Positions 28,370 to 38,457 of a stretch of DNA of 64,000 nt are shown here, piece after piece. The position numbers were made by a program, and so were the translations under genes. Location of the stretch: contig CAVSGI010000009.1 in the NCBI GenBank assembly GCA_963727445.1, positions 832,001 to 896,000 of the forward strand, in the 5' to 3' direction. The DNA is from an uncultured delta proteobacterium. GTDB lineage: Bacteria; Myxococcota_A; Polyangia; Polyangiales; B10-G4. Each line of letters opens with the position of its first letter. Position 1 is the stretch's first letter. Under the pieces are notes generated by a model that saw only the letters and a list, made by a program, of their open reading frames with translations, was not told the origin of the DNA and did not search any database.

Positions 28370-29929
28370 ATGCGCACACCCAAGATCGCACTTTGCTTCG
28401 TTCTAACCGCCCTCGTCGCCGCCTGCGGTGACGACTCGACGCCCACCGACTCCGGCATGGGCGGCGACACGGGCATGATGATGACGGATACCGGCACGCC
28501 CGACGCGATGCCGGACACCACCGTGCCTCCGACCGAAGGCGTCTGCACGATGCCGATCGAGATCACCGGTGAAATCGGGACGGTCACCGTCTCGGGCGAC
28601 ACCAGCATGACGTCGCTCCGCCCCGTCGACCTCGGCGCCGATTGCGGCAACCCCGAGGCGGCGCGCTTCTCTCCGCAGCAGGTCGTCGCCTACACGGTTC
28701 CGGGGACCGAAGAGGTCGGAGTGCTCTTCACCCTCGACACCACGGCGACCGACATGGACTTCGTCGCCATCCTTCAGGCGCGCACGGACTGCGGGACCGT
28801 TCCCACGGCCGACGCGTGCTTCCAGGACGTCACCGACGCCATGCGCCACGCCACTGGCGCCGTCACCGCGATGGGCGGCGACACCCTCTACATCATCGTG
28901 ACGGGCATCGCCGAGGTCATGTCGCCCTACACCGATCAGGGCGCTTGGGAGATGGACATCACCGCCGGCGCGAACGAGGCGCCGGTGCTCGTGGGTGGTC
29001 AGCTGAGCCGCGTCGGCGACTCCCTGGAGATCGCGCTCTCGGGGACGGACGACATGGGTGGCAAGGGCTACACCATGGAGCTCCAGAAGGCCGACGGCAG
29101 TGGTATCGACACCAACGGTGACGGCGCGGTGGACGCCACGGACCTGATCGTCGCGGACTTCAGCAACGACGTGTCGGACATGATGGCCTTCGTGGGCCGC
29201 GACAACTACGTCGGCATCGGTGCCGACCTCATCGACAGCGAGATGGCCGTTCAGGCCGAGGTGACCGTGCGCGACGTCTTCATGGTGGACAGCGCGCCCA
29301 TGACGCTGATGATCGGCGACGCCGTCGGCGTCGGCGGGACCTGCGACGACACCACCTTCTGCGCCGGCTCGCTCAGCTGCACGTCCATGATGTGCGAGGC
29401 GAGCTCGGAGGCGACGACGGCTTGCGCGTCGCCCACCGCGCTCACCATCAGCACGCCGACCACCACCGCCGAGACCACTACCGTCAGCGGGAGCATCCCC
29501 GCGGGCATGGGCGCCCTCGCGCCGACCTGCACCAACGCTGCAGGCCCCGAGGTGACCTACGGCCTCACCGTCCCCGCCGGCGGACCCTTCGACGTCGTCG
29601 CCCGCACCGACCTGAGCGGCACGGGTGACACCGACACGATGGTGTACCTGCGCAGCGACTGCACGGACCCGACGACCGAGGTCGCCTGCAACGACGACAT
29701 CGACCTCGAAGGCGGTACCTACACCTCGCACCTGGAGCTCCTCGATGCGCCGGCTGGCGACTACGTGCTCATCGTCGAGCAGTGGGCGCCGGACGTCACC
29801 GACACCGCGGGTCCCTTCCAGCTCGAGGTCGCCCTCCGGCCGGTGCTGGCGAGCGGCGCGAGCTGCGACAACGCAGGCGTGATGAACCGCTGCGCTGGCG
29901 GCGCGTGCGCCAGCGGCACCTGCCCCTAG
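28370..29929 (+). CDS. Acidic Cys/Met-rich surface lipoprotein with PPC-like domains
   Basis: AACGDD lipobox; DTMVYLRSDC..EVACNDD..AGDYVLIVE; DTNGDGAVD Ca-loop-like segment. Confidence 0.82.
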   Translation: MRTPKIALCFVLTALVAACGDDSTPTDSGMGGDTGMMMTDTGTPDAMPDTTVPPTEGVCTMPIEITGEIGTVTVSGDTSMTSLRPVDLGADCGNPEAARFSPQQVVAYTVPGTEEVGVLFTLDTTATDMDFVAILQARTDCGTVPTADACFQDVTDAMRHATGAVTAMGGDTLYIIVTGIAEVMSPYTDQGAWEMDITAGANEAPVLVGGQLSRVGDSLEIALSGTDDMGGKGYTMELQKADGSGIDTNGDGAVDATDLIVADFSNDVSDMMAFVGRDNYVGIGADLIDSEMAVQAEVTVRDVFMVDSAPMTLMIGDAVGVGGTCDDTTFCAGSLSCTSMMCEASSEATTACASPTALTISTPTTTAETTTVSGSIPAGMGALAPTCTNAAGPEVTYGLTVPAGGPFDVVARTDLSGTGDTDTMVYLRSDCTDPTTEVACNDDIDLEGGTYTSHLELLDAPAGDYVLIVEQWAPDVTDTAGPFQLEVALRPVLASGASCDNAGVMNRCAGGACASGTCP

Positions 29930-29936
29930 TCGTCAG

Positions 29937-30632
29937 TCAGTTCGAACGCTTGTCGCGCGCTTCGCGCGCGGCACGCTCGAGCGCCTCGCGGACGGTCTCT
30001 TTCACGTCGTCTTCGTCGACGACGATGACCTCTTTGCCGTCCGCGCGGCGCTTGAGCTCGACGACCTTGCCCGCACCCCGACCACGGGTGACGGGCTTCT
30101 TCTTTTCGGGCGTCTTCACCCGGCGCCGCCGCTGGGGTGGTGACGCCTTCTGCTGCTTCAAGCGACCGAAGAGCTTCCACGCCTCGGCGCCGTCGAAGGG
30201 CGGGATGGGGATCAGGTTCAGCCCCATCAGGAAGAGGTTCAGCCGGAAGAAGGTGTCGTAGAGCTGCGTGCCGAAGGCCGAGTGCGGCACGACCACGAAG
30301 TTGCCGACGATCAGCGCCACCACGAGGGCGATCATCTGGAAGAGCACGCCACCCCAGGCGATGATGGAGCTCTGTACCGGCGTCGGGATCCCGGCGTACT
30401 TGCAGAGGCCGCCAAACCCGTTGACCTCCACCGAGATGGCGCGGAGCCCATAGCGGAGGACGAAGAAGAGGTGGCCGACCTCGTGCCAGAGGATCAGCAG
30501 CGCCACGCCCACCCAGACGCCGGGAAGGAAGCGGAAGCCCCCCAGCATCACGGCCATCAGCGGGATGGTCCAATGCGCCTTGACCGGGACCCCGCGGATG
30601 CGGAAGAGCGTCAGGTAGCCACTGGAGAACAC
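29937..30632 (-). CDS. Site-2 protease (M50) family membrane metalloprotease
   Basis: HEVGH and NLIPIPPFDG motifs; TM segments. Confidence 0.9.
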   Translation of the reverse strand: MFSSGYLTLFRIRGVPVKAHWTIPLMAVMLGGFRFLPGVWVGVALLILWHEVGHLFFVLRYGLRAISVEVNGFGGLCKYAGIPTPVQSSIIAWGGVLFQMIALVVALIVGNFVVVPHSAFGTQLYDTFFRLNLFLMGLNLIPIPPFDGAEAWKLFGRLKQQKASPPQRRRRVKTPEKKKPVTRGRGAGKVVELKRRADGKEVIVVDEDDVKETVREALERAAREARDKRSN

Positions 30633-30662
30633 GAAGCCCAATGTAAGTCCCCAAAAGACGGA

Positions 30663-30822
30663 ATGCACAGGGGACGCTAGATTGACAATTGACTTGTGCC
30701 CCCCAATCCCCAGCCGGGATGCACAGGGGACGCAAGGTTGACAATTGACTTGTGCCCCCCGCTCCCCAGCCGTTCCGGCTCCCGGCCCCCGGGCACAAGT
30801 CAATTGTCAACCTTGCGTCCCC
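30663..30822. repeat. REP/REPIN-like element: two 54-bp direct copies plus one 32-bp inverted copy
   Basis: 30663-30716 and 30719-30772 differ at 4 positions; 30791-30822 is the exact reverse complement of 30726-30757. Confidence 0.9.
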
Positions 30823-30861
30823 GATCTTGCGTCGCCCGTCTACTGGCGTTAGAGGCGTGCC

Positions 30862-31440
30862 ATGAGTCGAGACGAAGCCGAGGAGCACGTGCGGGGGCTC
30901 CTGCGCTACATCGGAGAAGATCCGGGGCGCGAGGGGTTGATCGAGACGCCGGCCCGGGTGCTCCGTGCGATGAGCGAGCATTTCGCGGGCTACGCCGAGG
31001 ACCCGGCCGAGCACCTGGCCAAGACCTTCAGCGAGGTCGAAGGCTACGACGAGCTCGTCCTTGTCACCGACATCGAGGTCTACAGCCACTGCGAGCACCA
31101 CATGGTGCCCTTCGTGGGTAAGGCCCACGTGGCATACATCCCGGACGGCCGCGTGGTCGGCCTGTCGAAGCTGGCGCGCGTGGTCGACGTCTACGCCAAG
31201 CGGCTGCAGGTGCAGGAGAAGCTCACGGCGCAGATCGCGGACGCCATCCAGCAGACCCTCCGTCCACAGGGCGTCGCGGTGATCGTCCAGTGCCAGCATT
31301 TCTGCATGTGCTACCGCGGCGTGCGCAAGCCCGGCTCCTGGACGACGACCTGCAAGCTGCACGGCGCCTTCATGAAGGAAGAAGCCACGCGCAGCGAGCT
31401 GCTCACGCTGATCGGCATGCAGCGCTCGATCGGCGACTGA
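30862..31440 (+). CDS. folE: GTP cyclohydrolase I
   Basis: [45 protein letters not shown]. Confidence 0.96.
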   Translation: MSRDEAEEHVRGLLRYIGEDPGREGLIETPARVLRAMSEHFAGYAEDPAEHLAKTFSEVEGYDELVLVTDIEVYSHCEHHMVPFVGKAHVAYIPDGRVVGLSKLARVVDVYAKRLQVQEKLTAQIADAIQQTLRPQGVAVIVQCQHFCMCYRGVRKPGSWTTTCKLHGAFMKEEATRSELLTLIGMQRSIGD

Positions 31441-31448
31441 CGGCGCTC

Positions 31449-31880
31449 TCAGTAGCGCTTGTCGATCCCCGACGCGACCGCGCTCAGAGCGTTCAGCACC
31501 GGCAGCGAGCGCGCGATCTTCAGCTTGGGTCCTTCGATCTTGTGATCGGGGCTGGCGATCGCCTGCACCACGTTCATCTCGCCCCTGTCGAGCTTGCACC
31601 ACACGGCGTAGGGCGCCGTGGTGCGGGCCATGGTCTTCTTGTCGAATGGCGCGCGCCGCAGCGCGCCCGGCGCGTCCTCGATGACGAGGTCCTGGGTGAC
31701 CCGGCCCCTGTGGATGTGGAGGGCCTGGGAGACGTCCTTGCCATCGGGGGTATCGAGGCAGACCAGCACGATGGTGTCGTCGAACTTCCGCGCCGCCTTC
31801 TGGAAATCGCCATCTTCGTTGAGCGTCTTCACGAAGAGATCGGCGAACTCTGGCGTCCAGTAGCGCAACAAATCCGACAT
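31449..31880 (-). CDS. SCP2 sterol/lipid-binding domain protein
   Basis: WTPEF..LNED.DF, APYAVW..L.RGEMNVVQAI...KIEG pattern; GGAGG RBS. Confidence 0.7.
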   Translation of the reverse strand: MSDLLRYWTPEFADLFVKTLNEDGDFQKAARKFDDTIVLVCLDTPDGKDVSQALHIHRGRVTQDLVIEDAPGALRRAPFDKKTMARTTAPYAVWCKLDRGEMNVVQAIASPDHKIEGPKLKIARSLPVLNALSAVASGIDKRY

Positions 31881-31947
31881 CGCTGCCTCCCACCCCACCC
31901 AAGAAAAAACCGGGCCGGGGGTCGGATGGTAAGGTCGGAGACTGGCG

Positions 31948-32577
31948 ATGGCGAGGTACGTCACAGCGATTGTCGTGATTTTCTTTGGGCTTTCGGGCCC
32001 ATCCCACGAAGCCCCGCCGCTCTCCGTGGACCTCGGTCTGAGCGCCTGGGGCTCGGGGGTGATGGCCGACGCTGACCCGCCCTACACCCCGCCCTCCCTG
32101 ACGGCGGAGCTCCGGTACCAGGCGCCACAGAGCGCCCTCGGGTGGGGGTCGGTCGACCTCTCCGCCCACCCGGAGGACCACGAGATCCGCGTGAGCGTGA
32201 TGCTCGGCGCCCCCGTCGCCGGCGCCCGCTGGGAACACTGCAAAGAGCTCCACATGCGTGTGGACGGTGAGGAGACGAAGCACCCGACGCGCTACAGCGG
32301 GGTGCCGATGGACGGGGGCGGCGTCTACGACGCGGTCAGCGTCGAGCTGACCATCGACGACGTGCGCCGCATGTCCCGGGGCCGCGACGTTCACCTGGGG
32401 CTCTGCGGAGATGTGCTGAGCCTCCCCGCCGCCGAGCGCGCCTCGCTTTCGAGCTTCGTCCGGCGCTTCGAGGAGATGGCGACCTATGACGGGCCGCCTC
32501 CGCCGAAGCCGCCCCGCGAGCTGGACGGAGAGCCCGAGGGCGCCGAAGACGAGCCGGCGCCACCGATCGCCGCCTGA
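31948..32577 (+). CDS. Secreted hypothetical protein
   Basis: Signal-like N-terminus, Cys pair, Pro/acidic tail. Confidence 0.65.
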   Translation: MARYVTAIVVIFFGLSGPSHEAPPLSVDLGLSAWGSGVMADADPPYTPPSLTAELRYQAPQSALGWGSVDLSAHPEDHEIRVSVMLGAPVAGARWEHCKELHMRVDGEETKHPTRYSGVPMDGGGVYDAVSVELTIDDVRRMSRGRDVHLGLCGDVLSLPAAERASLSSFVRRFEEMATYDGPPPPKPPRELDGEPEGAEDEPAPPIAA

Positions 32578-32633
32578 ACCTGGCGAGGCACGTGCCCATT
32601 GAAATTGAAGCCCGGGCGGCTAACTCTCCCGCC

Positions 32634-33080
32634 ATGGAGCGCTTCCGGAACATCCTCATCGCCACCGACTTCTCCGCTGCTTCGGAGCTCGCCGTCCAGG
32701 CGGCGCCGATGATCGAGGGAGGCGAGGGCACGCGGGCGACGCTGGTTCACGTGGTGAACACGCCGGTCCTCGACCCGGGCGACGTCAATCAGACGGTCCA
32801 GCAGGCGAAGGAGCTCGAGACCGCGATCCACGAGCATCTCGACCGCATGCAGTCGCAGCTCGAAGGCAAGATCCCGAGCGTGAAGACCGCGGTCGTGCGG
32901 AGCGCCAACGCCGCCGACGCCATCTGTGAGCTCGCCACCGACGAGCACATGGATCTCATCATCCTGGGCACGACCGGGCTGACGGGCGTCGCCCGCTTCC
33001 TCATCGGGAGCGTGGCCGAGCGTGTCGTCCGCCACGCACCCTGCCCGGTGCTGGTGATGCGCGAGCGCAAGAACGCCTGA
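32634..33080 (+). CDS. Universal stress protein
   Basis: ILIATDFS, DLIILGTTG..FLIGSVAERVVRHAPCPVLV. Confidence 0.95.
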   Translation: MERFRNILIATDFSAASELAVQAAPMIEGGEGTRATLVHVVNTPVLDPGDVNQTVQQAKELETAIHEHLDRMQSQLEGKIPSVKTAVVRSANAADAICELATDEHMDLIILGTTGLTGVARFLIGSVAERVVRHAPCPVLVMRERKNA

Positions 33081-33306
33081 GGACGGGCGATCCGCCCGCG
33101 GCTTCGGAGGCGCTCAGGAGAGCGATTGCACCAGCATGTGTATCGCCAGCCCGCCACAGGCGAGGATCGCCCAGGTGTCGAGGCTCGACAGCAGCTGGGC
33201 GAAGGTGGCGAGGGCTCGGCGCATGGTTTCACCATGAACACGATGTCTGAAGAATCTCTGACCATCGAGATTTCGCTGCGATCGCGGGCGCGCTATGCTG
33301 CCGCCC

Positions 33307-33822
33307 ATGCATCTTCGCCTCACCATATATGCGTTTGTCGTGACGACCCTCGTCGCTTGCGGAGATGACGGCCGACCCACCGATACCGGGACCGGCGCGG
33401 ACACGGGGACCGGCGCGGACACCGGCGCCGGCTCGGACACCGGGACGGGGAGCGACACGGGCACCGCTGGCGACACGGGCACCGCTGGCGACACGGGCAC
33501 CGCTGGCGACACGGGCACCGCTGGCGACACGGGCACCGCTGGCGACACGGGCACCGGCGGCGACACGGGCACCGGCGGCGACACGGGCACCGCTGGCGAC
33601 GCGTGCACGCCCATCACCACCGACGCCTCGCACATCGGCGACGACTGCGCGGGGGGCGGCAGCTGCCCCTCCGGTTACACCTGTCAGTCCTTCTCCGGCT
33701 TCGTCCTCACCCAGTCCTGCCAGATCCTCTGCGAGTCGGACTGCCAGTGCCCCACCGGCGGCACTTGCACGGAGATCACCGACAAGTCGGCGATGCCCTG
33801 GAAGCAGTGCGTCATCCCGTGA
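33307..33822 (+). CDS. Lipoprotein with an xDTGTx repeat stalk and Cys-rich tip
   Basis: VACGDD lipobox, 12 hexapeptide repeats, 11-Cys C-terminal domain. Confidence 0.82.
   Translation: MHLRLTIYAFVVTTLVACGDDGRPTDTGTGADTGTGADTGAGSDTGTGSDTGTAGDTGTAGDTGTAGDTGTAGDTGTAGDTGTGGDTGTGGDTGTAGDACTPITTDASHIGDDCAGGGSCPSGYTCQSFSGFVLTQSCQILCESDCQCPTGGTCTEITDKSAMPWKQCVIP
33379..33594 (+). repeat. 18-bp coding tandem repeat x12 (GGCGACACGGGCACCGCT)
   Basis: Directly visible; the central units are identical. Confidence 0.95.
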
Positions 33823-33834
33823 AGGGGCCGGCGC

Positions 33835-34413
33835 TCAGGCGAGCGCTCGCGACAGAAGCGTCTTCGCGCGGCCTTCGAGCGTGATGCGCTTTGCTGCGGC
33901 CCGGCCGTCCTCGCTCATCTTCGCCCACGTCTTCTGCAGGATGACGATCACCTTGTCGTCCTCTTTGTCGGCGATGAAGGGCGCGTAGTAGTGGGCGAGG
34001 AACACCAGGCAGGCGACGTCCTCGAGGGTCTGGGCGTCGGCGTCCTTCGAGAGGTTCTTCTTGCGCAGCAGGCTCTTCACCCGCGCGATGCTGTCCTCGT
34101 CGTAGCCCACCGCCGCCATGATCTCCGCGGCGTGCGCGGCGTGGCGCTTCGCGAGCTCGGTGCGCCAGCGGTGATATCCCGCGCGGTCCATGGGGTAGCT
34201 GTCCCGCGGCACCTCGAAGCGGCGGATGTGCTGCGCGCGACACGCGATCGCGAGCGCCTCGTCCGCCTCTGGTCGAAACGCGCTCAGGCGCGCTGACATC
34301 CGCCGCCCGTAGAGCAAGGCCTTCGGCACACGCTCGCCCTCTGCCTCTTCGCTCTCGGGGTCTTCGGCGTTCGCCTCGTCAATCCGCGACAGCGCCTCTT
34401 CGAGACGGCTCAT
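33835..34413 (-). CDS. DUF4202 family protein
   Basis: IDEANAEDP, RAQHIRR..PRDSYPMDRAGY..WR, QTLEDVACLVFL, KTWAKMS. Confidence 0.9.
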   Translation of the reverse strand: MSRLEEALSRIDEANAEDPESEEAEGERVPKALLYGRRMSARLSAFRPEADEALAIACRAQHIRRFEVPRDSYPMDRAGYHRWRTELAKRHAAHAAEIMAAVGYDEDSIARVKSLLRKKNLSKDADAQTLEDVACLVFLAHYYAPFIADKEDDKVIVILQKTWAKMSEDGRAAAKRITLEGRAKTLLSRALA

Positions 34414-35060
34414 CGCCGATTCCGGTTCTTGTTGCGGAGCTGCTCGCGGATCGACTCCTGATGCTCGAGCTGCGCGTTCAACCACTGCTCGGGCAGCGCG
34501 ATGAAGCGCCCGCGCACCACGGTCTCGCGGAGGTTGTTGCGGCTGCGAACGGTGGCCTCGAAGCTGCCGCTCACCGACCCTTCGTCTGCGGCTTCGATGG
34601 TGACCAGGCCCTCGGCGCTCCGCAGGTCACCCGAGGGGCCCATCCCGACGGTGACGGTGCACACGTCCGAGTCGCGGCCTGCGTGCTGGGCGCGGGTCTC
34701 GTCGTCGGCGCTCAGGACCGGGTAGCTCCCAGGGACGAAGCCCTCGCCGTAGAAGGTGATCATCACGCCCGTCTCGGCGTCCTCGCCGAGAAGGACCTGG
34801 CTGACCATTCGGCTCCGGCCGAGCTTCGCCACGAGCTGCCGAACGGGATGCTCGAAGCTGGAATCGTCCGCGTTCCAGGTGGGGAACACCACGTTCCCGC
34901 GGCCGCGGGCCGGGGCCTCGACCTCGGAAAGCTCGGGGATCTGAGGCTCGGGAGGCGCCTCGGGCTCACGAGGCGGGGGGACCGGTGGGGGATCCTCCGA
35001 GCAGCCAGCGTAGGAGAGGAGGGCGAAGAGCGAAAACACCCCAAGAGGCAGGCGACGCAT
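34410..35060 (-). CDS. Hypothetical lipoprotein
   Basis: YAGC lipobox, Pro-rich linker; overlaps the DUF4202 start. Confidence 0.72.
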   Translation of the reverse strand: MRRLPLGVFSLFALLSYAGCSEDPPPVPPPREPEAPPEPQIPELSEVEAPARGRGNVVFPTWNADDSSFEHPVRQLVAKLGRSRMVSQVLLGEDAETGVMITFYGEGFVPGSYPVLSADDETRAQHAGRDSDVCTVTVGMGPSGDLRSAEGLVTIEAADEGSVSGSFEATVRSRNNLRETVVRGRFIALPEQWLNAQLEHQESIREQLRNKNRNRR

Positions 35061-35124
35061 GGCCTCTTTAAACCGCATTTACATTCGAGAGGAAACCGTC
35101 AGGCCATACTGACGTGATTCGGTG

Positions 35125-36721
35125 GTGAAACTGGTCGTTCGACAGAATCGCGCTCGTCGCGACCCTCTGGTTGCCCGCGGGGGCCTTCGCCCAGGCTGCC
35201 CAGCCGATGGCGCAACAGAGCGATCAGCCGCTCGAGTCCCGAAGCTGGCACCTGGCGCTCGATCAGGCGATCCCCAAGCTGGACTCCTGCCTGGTGGCCG
35301 AGGAGGCAATCTACGACCTCGGAGCCAGCTGGGAGCGGGTGCTCGGCGAGGCGGACTGGGATCCGATGGCGCGCGAGCCCCGCGCGTGGGTCCGCCACGT
35401 GGGTCCCCATCTGAGGCGGGCATTCTTCAACCGCCGCCTTCCGCCGGACGTGCGGCAGCTCGCGCTGATCCTCCTGGTGGAGACGCAGAACCCCGACATG
35501 CGGCCGGTCTACCGCCGGATGCTCGAGCTCGACCACTGCCCCACCGAGTGGCTCGCGCTCGCCGCGCAGGGCCTGTCGCTCCTCGGAAACCCCGAGGACG
35601 GCGCGGCCGTCGCACGGGCTTTCGTCTCGCGCGTCCCCACAGACGGCCACGCGCCCCGGCCATCGGCGTGGGCGCTCTGCGCCGCCACCGCACGGATGAT
35701 CGGCCCTGGCGAGGTGTCCCCGGAGGTGGCGGACGCGGCCCGACGGCTCTTCCTCTTCGGCCCGCAGCTCGCCGTCCAGAGCTGTATGCCGCTGGTGACG
35801 CGTTTGCCGGATGCCGCGGAGCTCGCTTGCCGCGTGCTCGACGAAGACGGGTGGCCCGAAGCGGTGAGCGATGAGGATCCCCGCAACCACGAGATGCTGC
35901 ACTGGTATGGACGCGGGGGCGCGTTCATCCTCCTCGGTCAGGTCGGTGGGGAGGACGCCCTCAATCGTCTCGCTGCGGGGCTCGCCGAGGATTCGCTGAT
36001 GGCGGCGCCGACGCGCGATGGCGCGGTTCAGGGGCTCGCCGCACGGGCGGGGCCGCGCGCGCGTGCTCTGCTTCGGCAAGCGCTCGCGGATCCCGCGCGC
36101 CGCACGCCCCGCGTGGCCTACGCGCTCCTGCGCCTCGGCGACGAGGAGAGCGCGCCGGTGTTGCGCCGGGTCGCGCTCGAGCCGAGCAGCCTGGTCGAGA
36201 TGCGCATGAGCGCCGCCAACGCTTACACTCTGCTCGCGCCCGGAGCGGCTGGGCTCGCCCGCCGGTGGGAGGAGGGCCTGTCGCGCTCTGCCGACCTCGG
36301 CCCGCCTTTCGAGGCGCTGGACGAGCGCATGGCGCAGATGGTCGGTCGGATGGTGGGCGCCGAGCGCTGCCGCAGCGATTATCGCTGCTGGGCAGAGGCC
36401 CTGAGCGATCCCGATCGGCAGGTCGCGGCGCGTGCCTTCTGGCAGCTCGCCAGGCGCCAGGAGCATTCGCCCGAGGAGGCGGAGGCGCTGGCGGCCATCG
36501 CCGCCGAGACCCTGGCGCGCACGCCGCCCAACACGGAGCACGACGTGGTGGCGGGGGCCATCGCGCTTCTGGCGCGCCTCGACCGCTCGGCCGTTCGGCC
36601 CTGGCTCTCGGTGATCCGGCGCGCGCGGGTCGCATGGGCCGGACGCACCAATCCCATGGGCCTGCCCTTCGACATTCCGCTGGCGCTGGCCGAGCTCGAG
36701 CGCCGACTGCTCCGCATGTAG
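35125..36721 (+). CDS. Secreted HEAT/ARM-like helical protein; probable frameshift at 35128
   Basis: 516-aa Ala/Leu/Arg-rich ORF; removing one A after the GTG at 35125 restores a signal peptide (NWSFDRIALVATLWLPAGAFAQA). Confidence 0.68.
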
Positions 36722-36734
36722 TAGGCTCCCGGCC

Positions 36735-37586
36735 GTGATCGGTGCGAGCCGAACGGCCGTCCTCGTGGCTGGCTACCGCGCCCGCGCCTCCGCGCGCGAG
36801 GACGCGATCATCTCCGATCCGTGGGCAGCGCCTCTTTCGGGCGAAGAGGGACGCGCGCTGACCACCCGCTTCGACGGGCCACAGCCGCACCTCGAGCTCT
36901 GGATCGCCGTGCGCACCGCCCACCTCGACGCGCGGATCCGCCACCACACGAAGGGCGCGATCGACCAGGTGGTGATCCTCGGCGCAGGCCTCGACACACG
37001 CGCGGCGCGCCTCGCCTCCGAAGGCGTCGCCTTCTTCGAGGTGGACCACCCGGACACCCAGCGCGAGAAGCTCGCGCGCCTCGCGCGTCTCGATGGATAT
37101 CCCGAGGACGCCGCCGTTTACGTAGGGTGCGATTTCTCGGATCACGCGTCCGACTTCATCACGCGCCTCGACAGTGAGGGCTTCGACCGGCGCGCGCCCG
37201 CGGTCGTCGTCTGGGAGGGCGTGACGCCCTATCTCGAAGAGTCGGCGGTGCGCGCGACCGTTTCTCGCATCGCTCGGGCCTGCCATCCAGAGTCGGTGCT
37301 CCTCTTCGACTTCCTCGGCAAGAACGCGGCGAGGCGCGGGCGCGGCGACGAAGCCGACGAGGACACGCGCACCGCGGTCGACGAGCTCGGAGAACCGCTC
37401 AGGTTCGGAACCAACGACATCATTCCCCTGCTCTACGAGTGCGGCATGCGGCAGATTCACGTTCGCGGCTTCGACGAGCTGGGGCTCGACTACACCGGCA
37501 CCTACGTGCGCGAACGCAAATGGCGTTTTCAGTACCTGGCCGAAGCCAGCGTCGCGCCTTCACCCAGAGCGCGGACTTCGAGATGA
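36735..37586 (+). CDS. SAM-dependent methyltransferase (LCM/YktD type)
   Basis: IAVRT..D, QVVILGAGLDTRA, FEVDHP, WEGVTPYL. Confidence 0.92.
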   Translation: MIGASRTAVLVAGYRARASAREDAIISDPWAAPLSGEEGRALTTRFDGPQPHLELWIAVRTAHLDARIRHHTKGAIDQVVILGAGLDTRAARLASEGVAFFEVDHPDTQREKLARLARLDGYPEDAAVYVGCDFSDHASDFITRLDSEGFDRRAPAVVVWEGVTPYLEESAVRATVSRIARACHPESVLLFDFLGKNAARRGRGDEADEDTRTAVDELGEPLRFGTNDIIPLLYECGMRQIHVRGFDELGLDYTGTYVRERKWRFQYLAEASVAPSPRARTSR

Positions 37587-38386
37587 ACCTCACCACGACC
37601 GTCGACGGATACGACGTGACCCTCCGGCGCCTCAGCGGACCGGAGCCGACCCTGGTGCTGATCCACGGCGCGGGGCGCAACCATCTGGCGTGGGACGAGG
37701 TGCTGCCGAAGATCGGCGGCCTCGACCTCGTGATCCCGAGTCTCCCCGGGCGGTGTGGATCGGAGGGCGTGCCCCTTTCGAACGTGGCCGAGGCGGCCCA
37801 GTGGCTGCGCAAGCTCCTGACGAAGATCGGGGTGAAGAAGGTGGTGCTCGCCGGTCACAGCTACGGTGGGGCGGTAGCGCTCGAGTACGCGATCACCGAA
37901 AGGGAGAGCACCGACCCACGCAGCCCCGAGCTGGTGGGCCTCGCCCTGATCAACAGCGGCGCCCGCCTGCGCGTGAAGCAGAGCCTGCTGAGCGAGCTCG
38001 AAGACGCAGCGAACGCCGGCATTCACGTGAACATGGTGGACGAGCTCTATCAGCGCGATTCGGACCCGGCGATCGTGCGCCGGGAAGAGGCGGCGGCGAC
38101 GCGCACGCCTCCAGAGGTCGCGTTGGTGGACTGGCAGGCGGCGAACGCCTTCGATCGCATGGAAGCGCTCGCCGAGGTGAGCGTTCCGACCCTCGTCGTC
38201 GTCGGCACCGAGGACCTGCACACGCCGCCGAAGTACGCCGAGTACCTCGCCGATCACATCGAAGGCGCCACCCTCGAGATCGTCGAAGGCGCCGGGCACA
38301 TGCTGCCCTTCGAGCGCCACGACACCCTCGCTGAAAAGCTGCACGACTTCGTGAAGGGGCTCGAGGACTCGGCCGAAAAGAGCTGA
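37583..38386 (+). CDS. Alpha/beta hydrolase
   Basis: LIHGAG, GHSYGG nucleophile elbow, GTED, GAGHM. Confidence 0.92.
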   Translation: MNLTTTVDGYDVTLRRLSGPEPTLVLIHGAGRNHLAWDEVLPKIGGLDLVIPSLPGRCGSEGVPLSNVAEAAQWLRKLLTKIGVKKVVLAGHSYGGAVALEYAITERESTDPRSPELVGLALINSGARLRVKQSLLSELEDAANAGIHVNMVDELYQRDSDPAIVRREEAAATRTPPEVALVDWQAANAFDRMEALAEVSVPTLVVVGTEDLHTPPKYAEYLADHIEGATLEIVEGAGHMLPFERHDTLAEKLHDFVKGLEDSAEKS

Positions 38387-38457
38387 GCAAGGTCTCCGGT
38401 CGCGAGTTGCCTACGGACGATCGGCGCATACCTGATCGTCAAACGTTGGAGGCTGCC

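Noticed and set aside
30663..30822. CRISPR mini-array
   Set aside because: Only two direct copies with near-identical intervening sequence, the third copy is inverted, and there are no cas genes
33379..33594. Tandem repeat as a CRISPR or mobile element
   Set aside because: In-frame, spacerless, and encodes a protein linker
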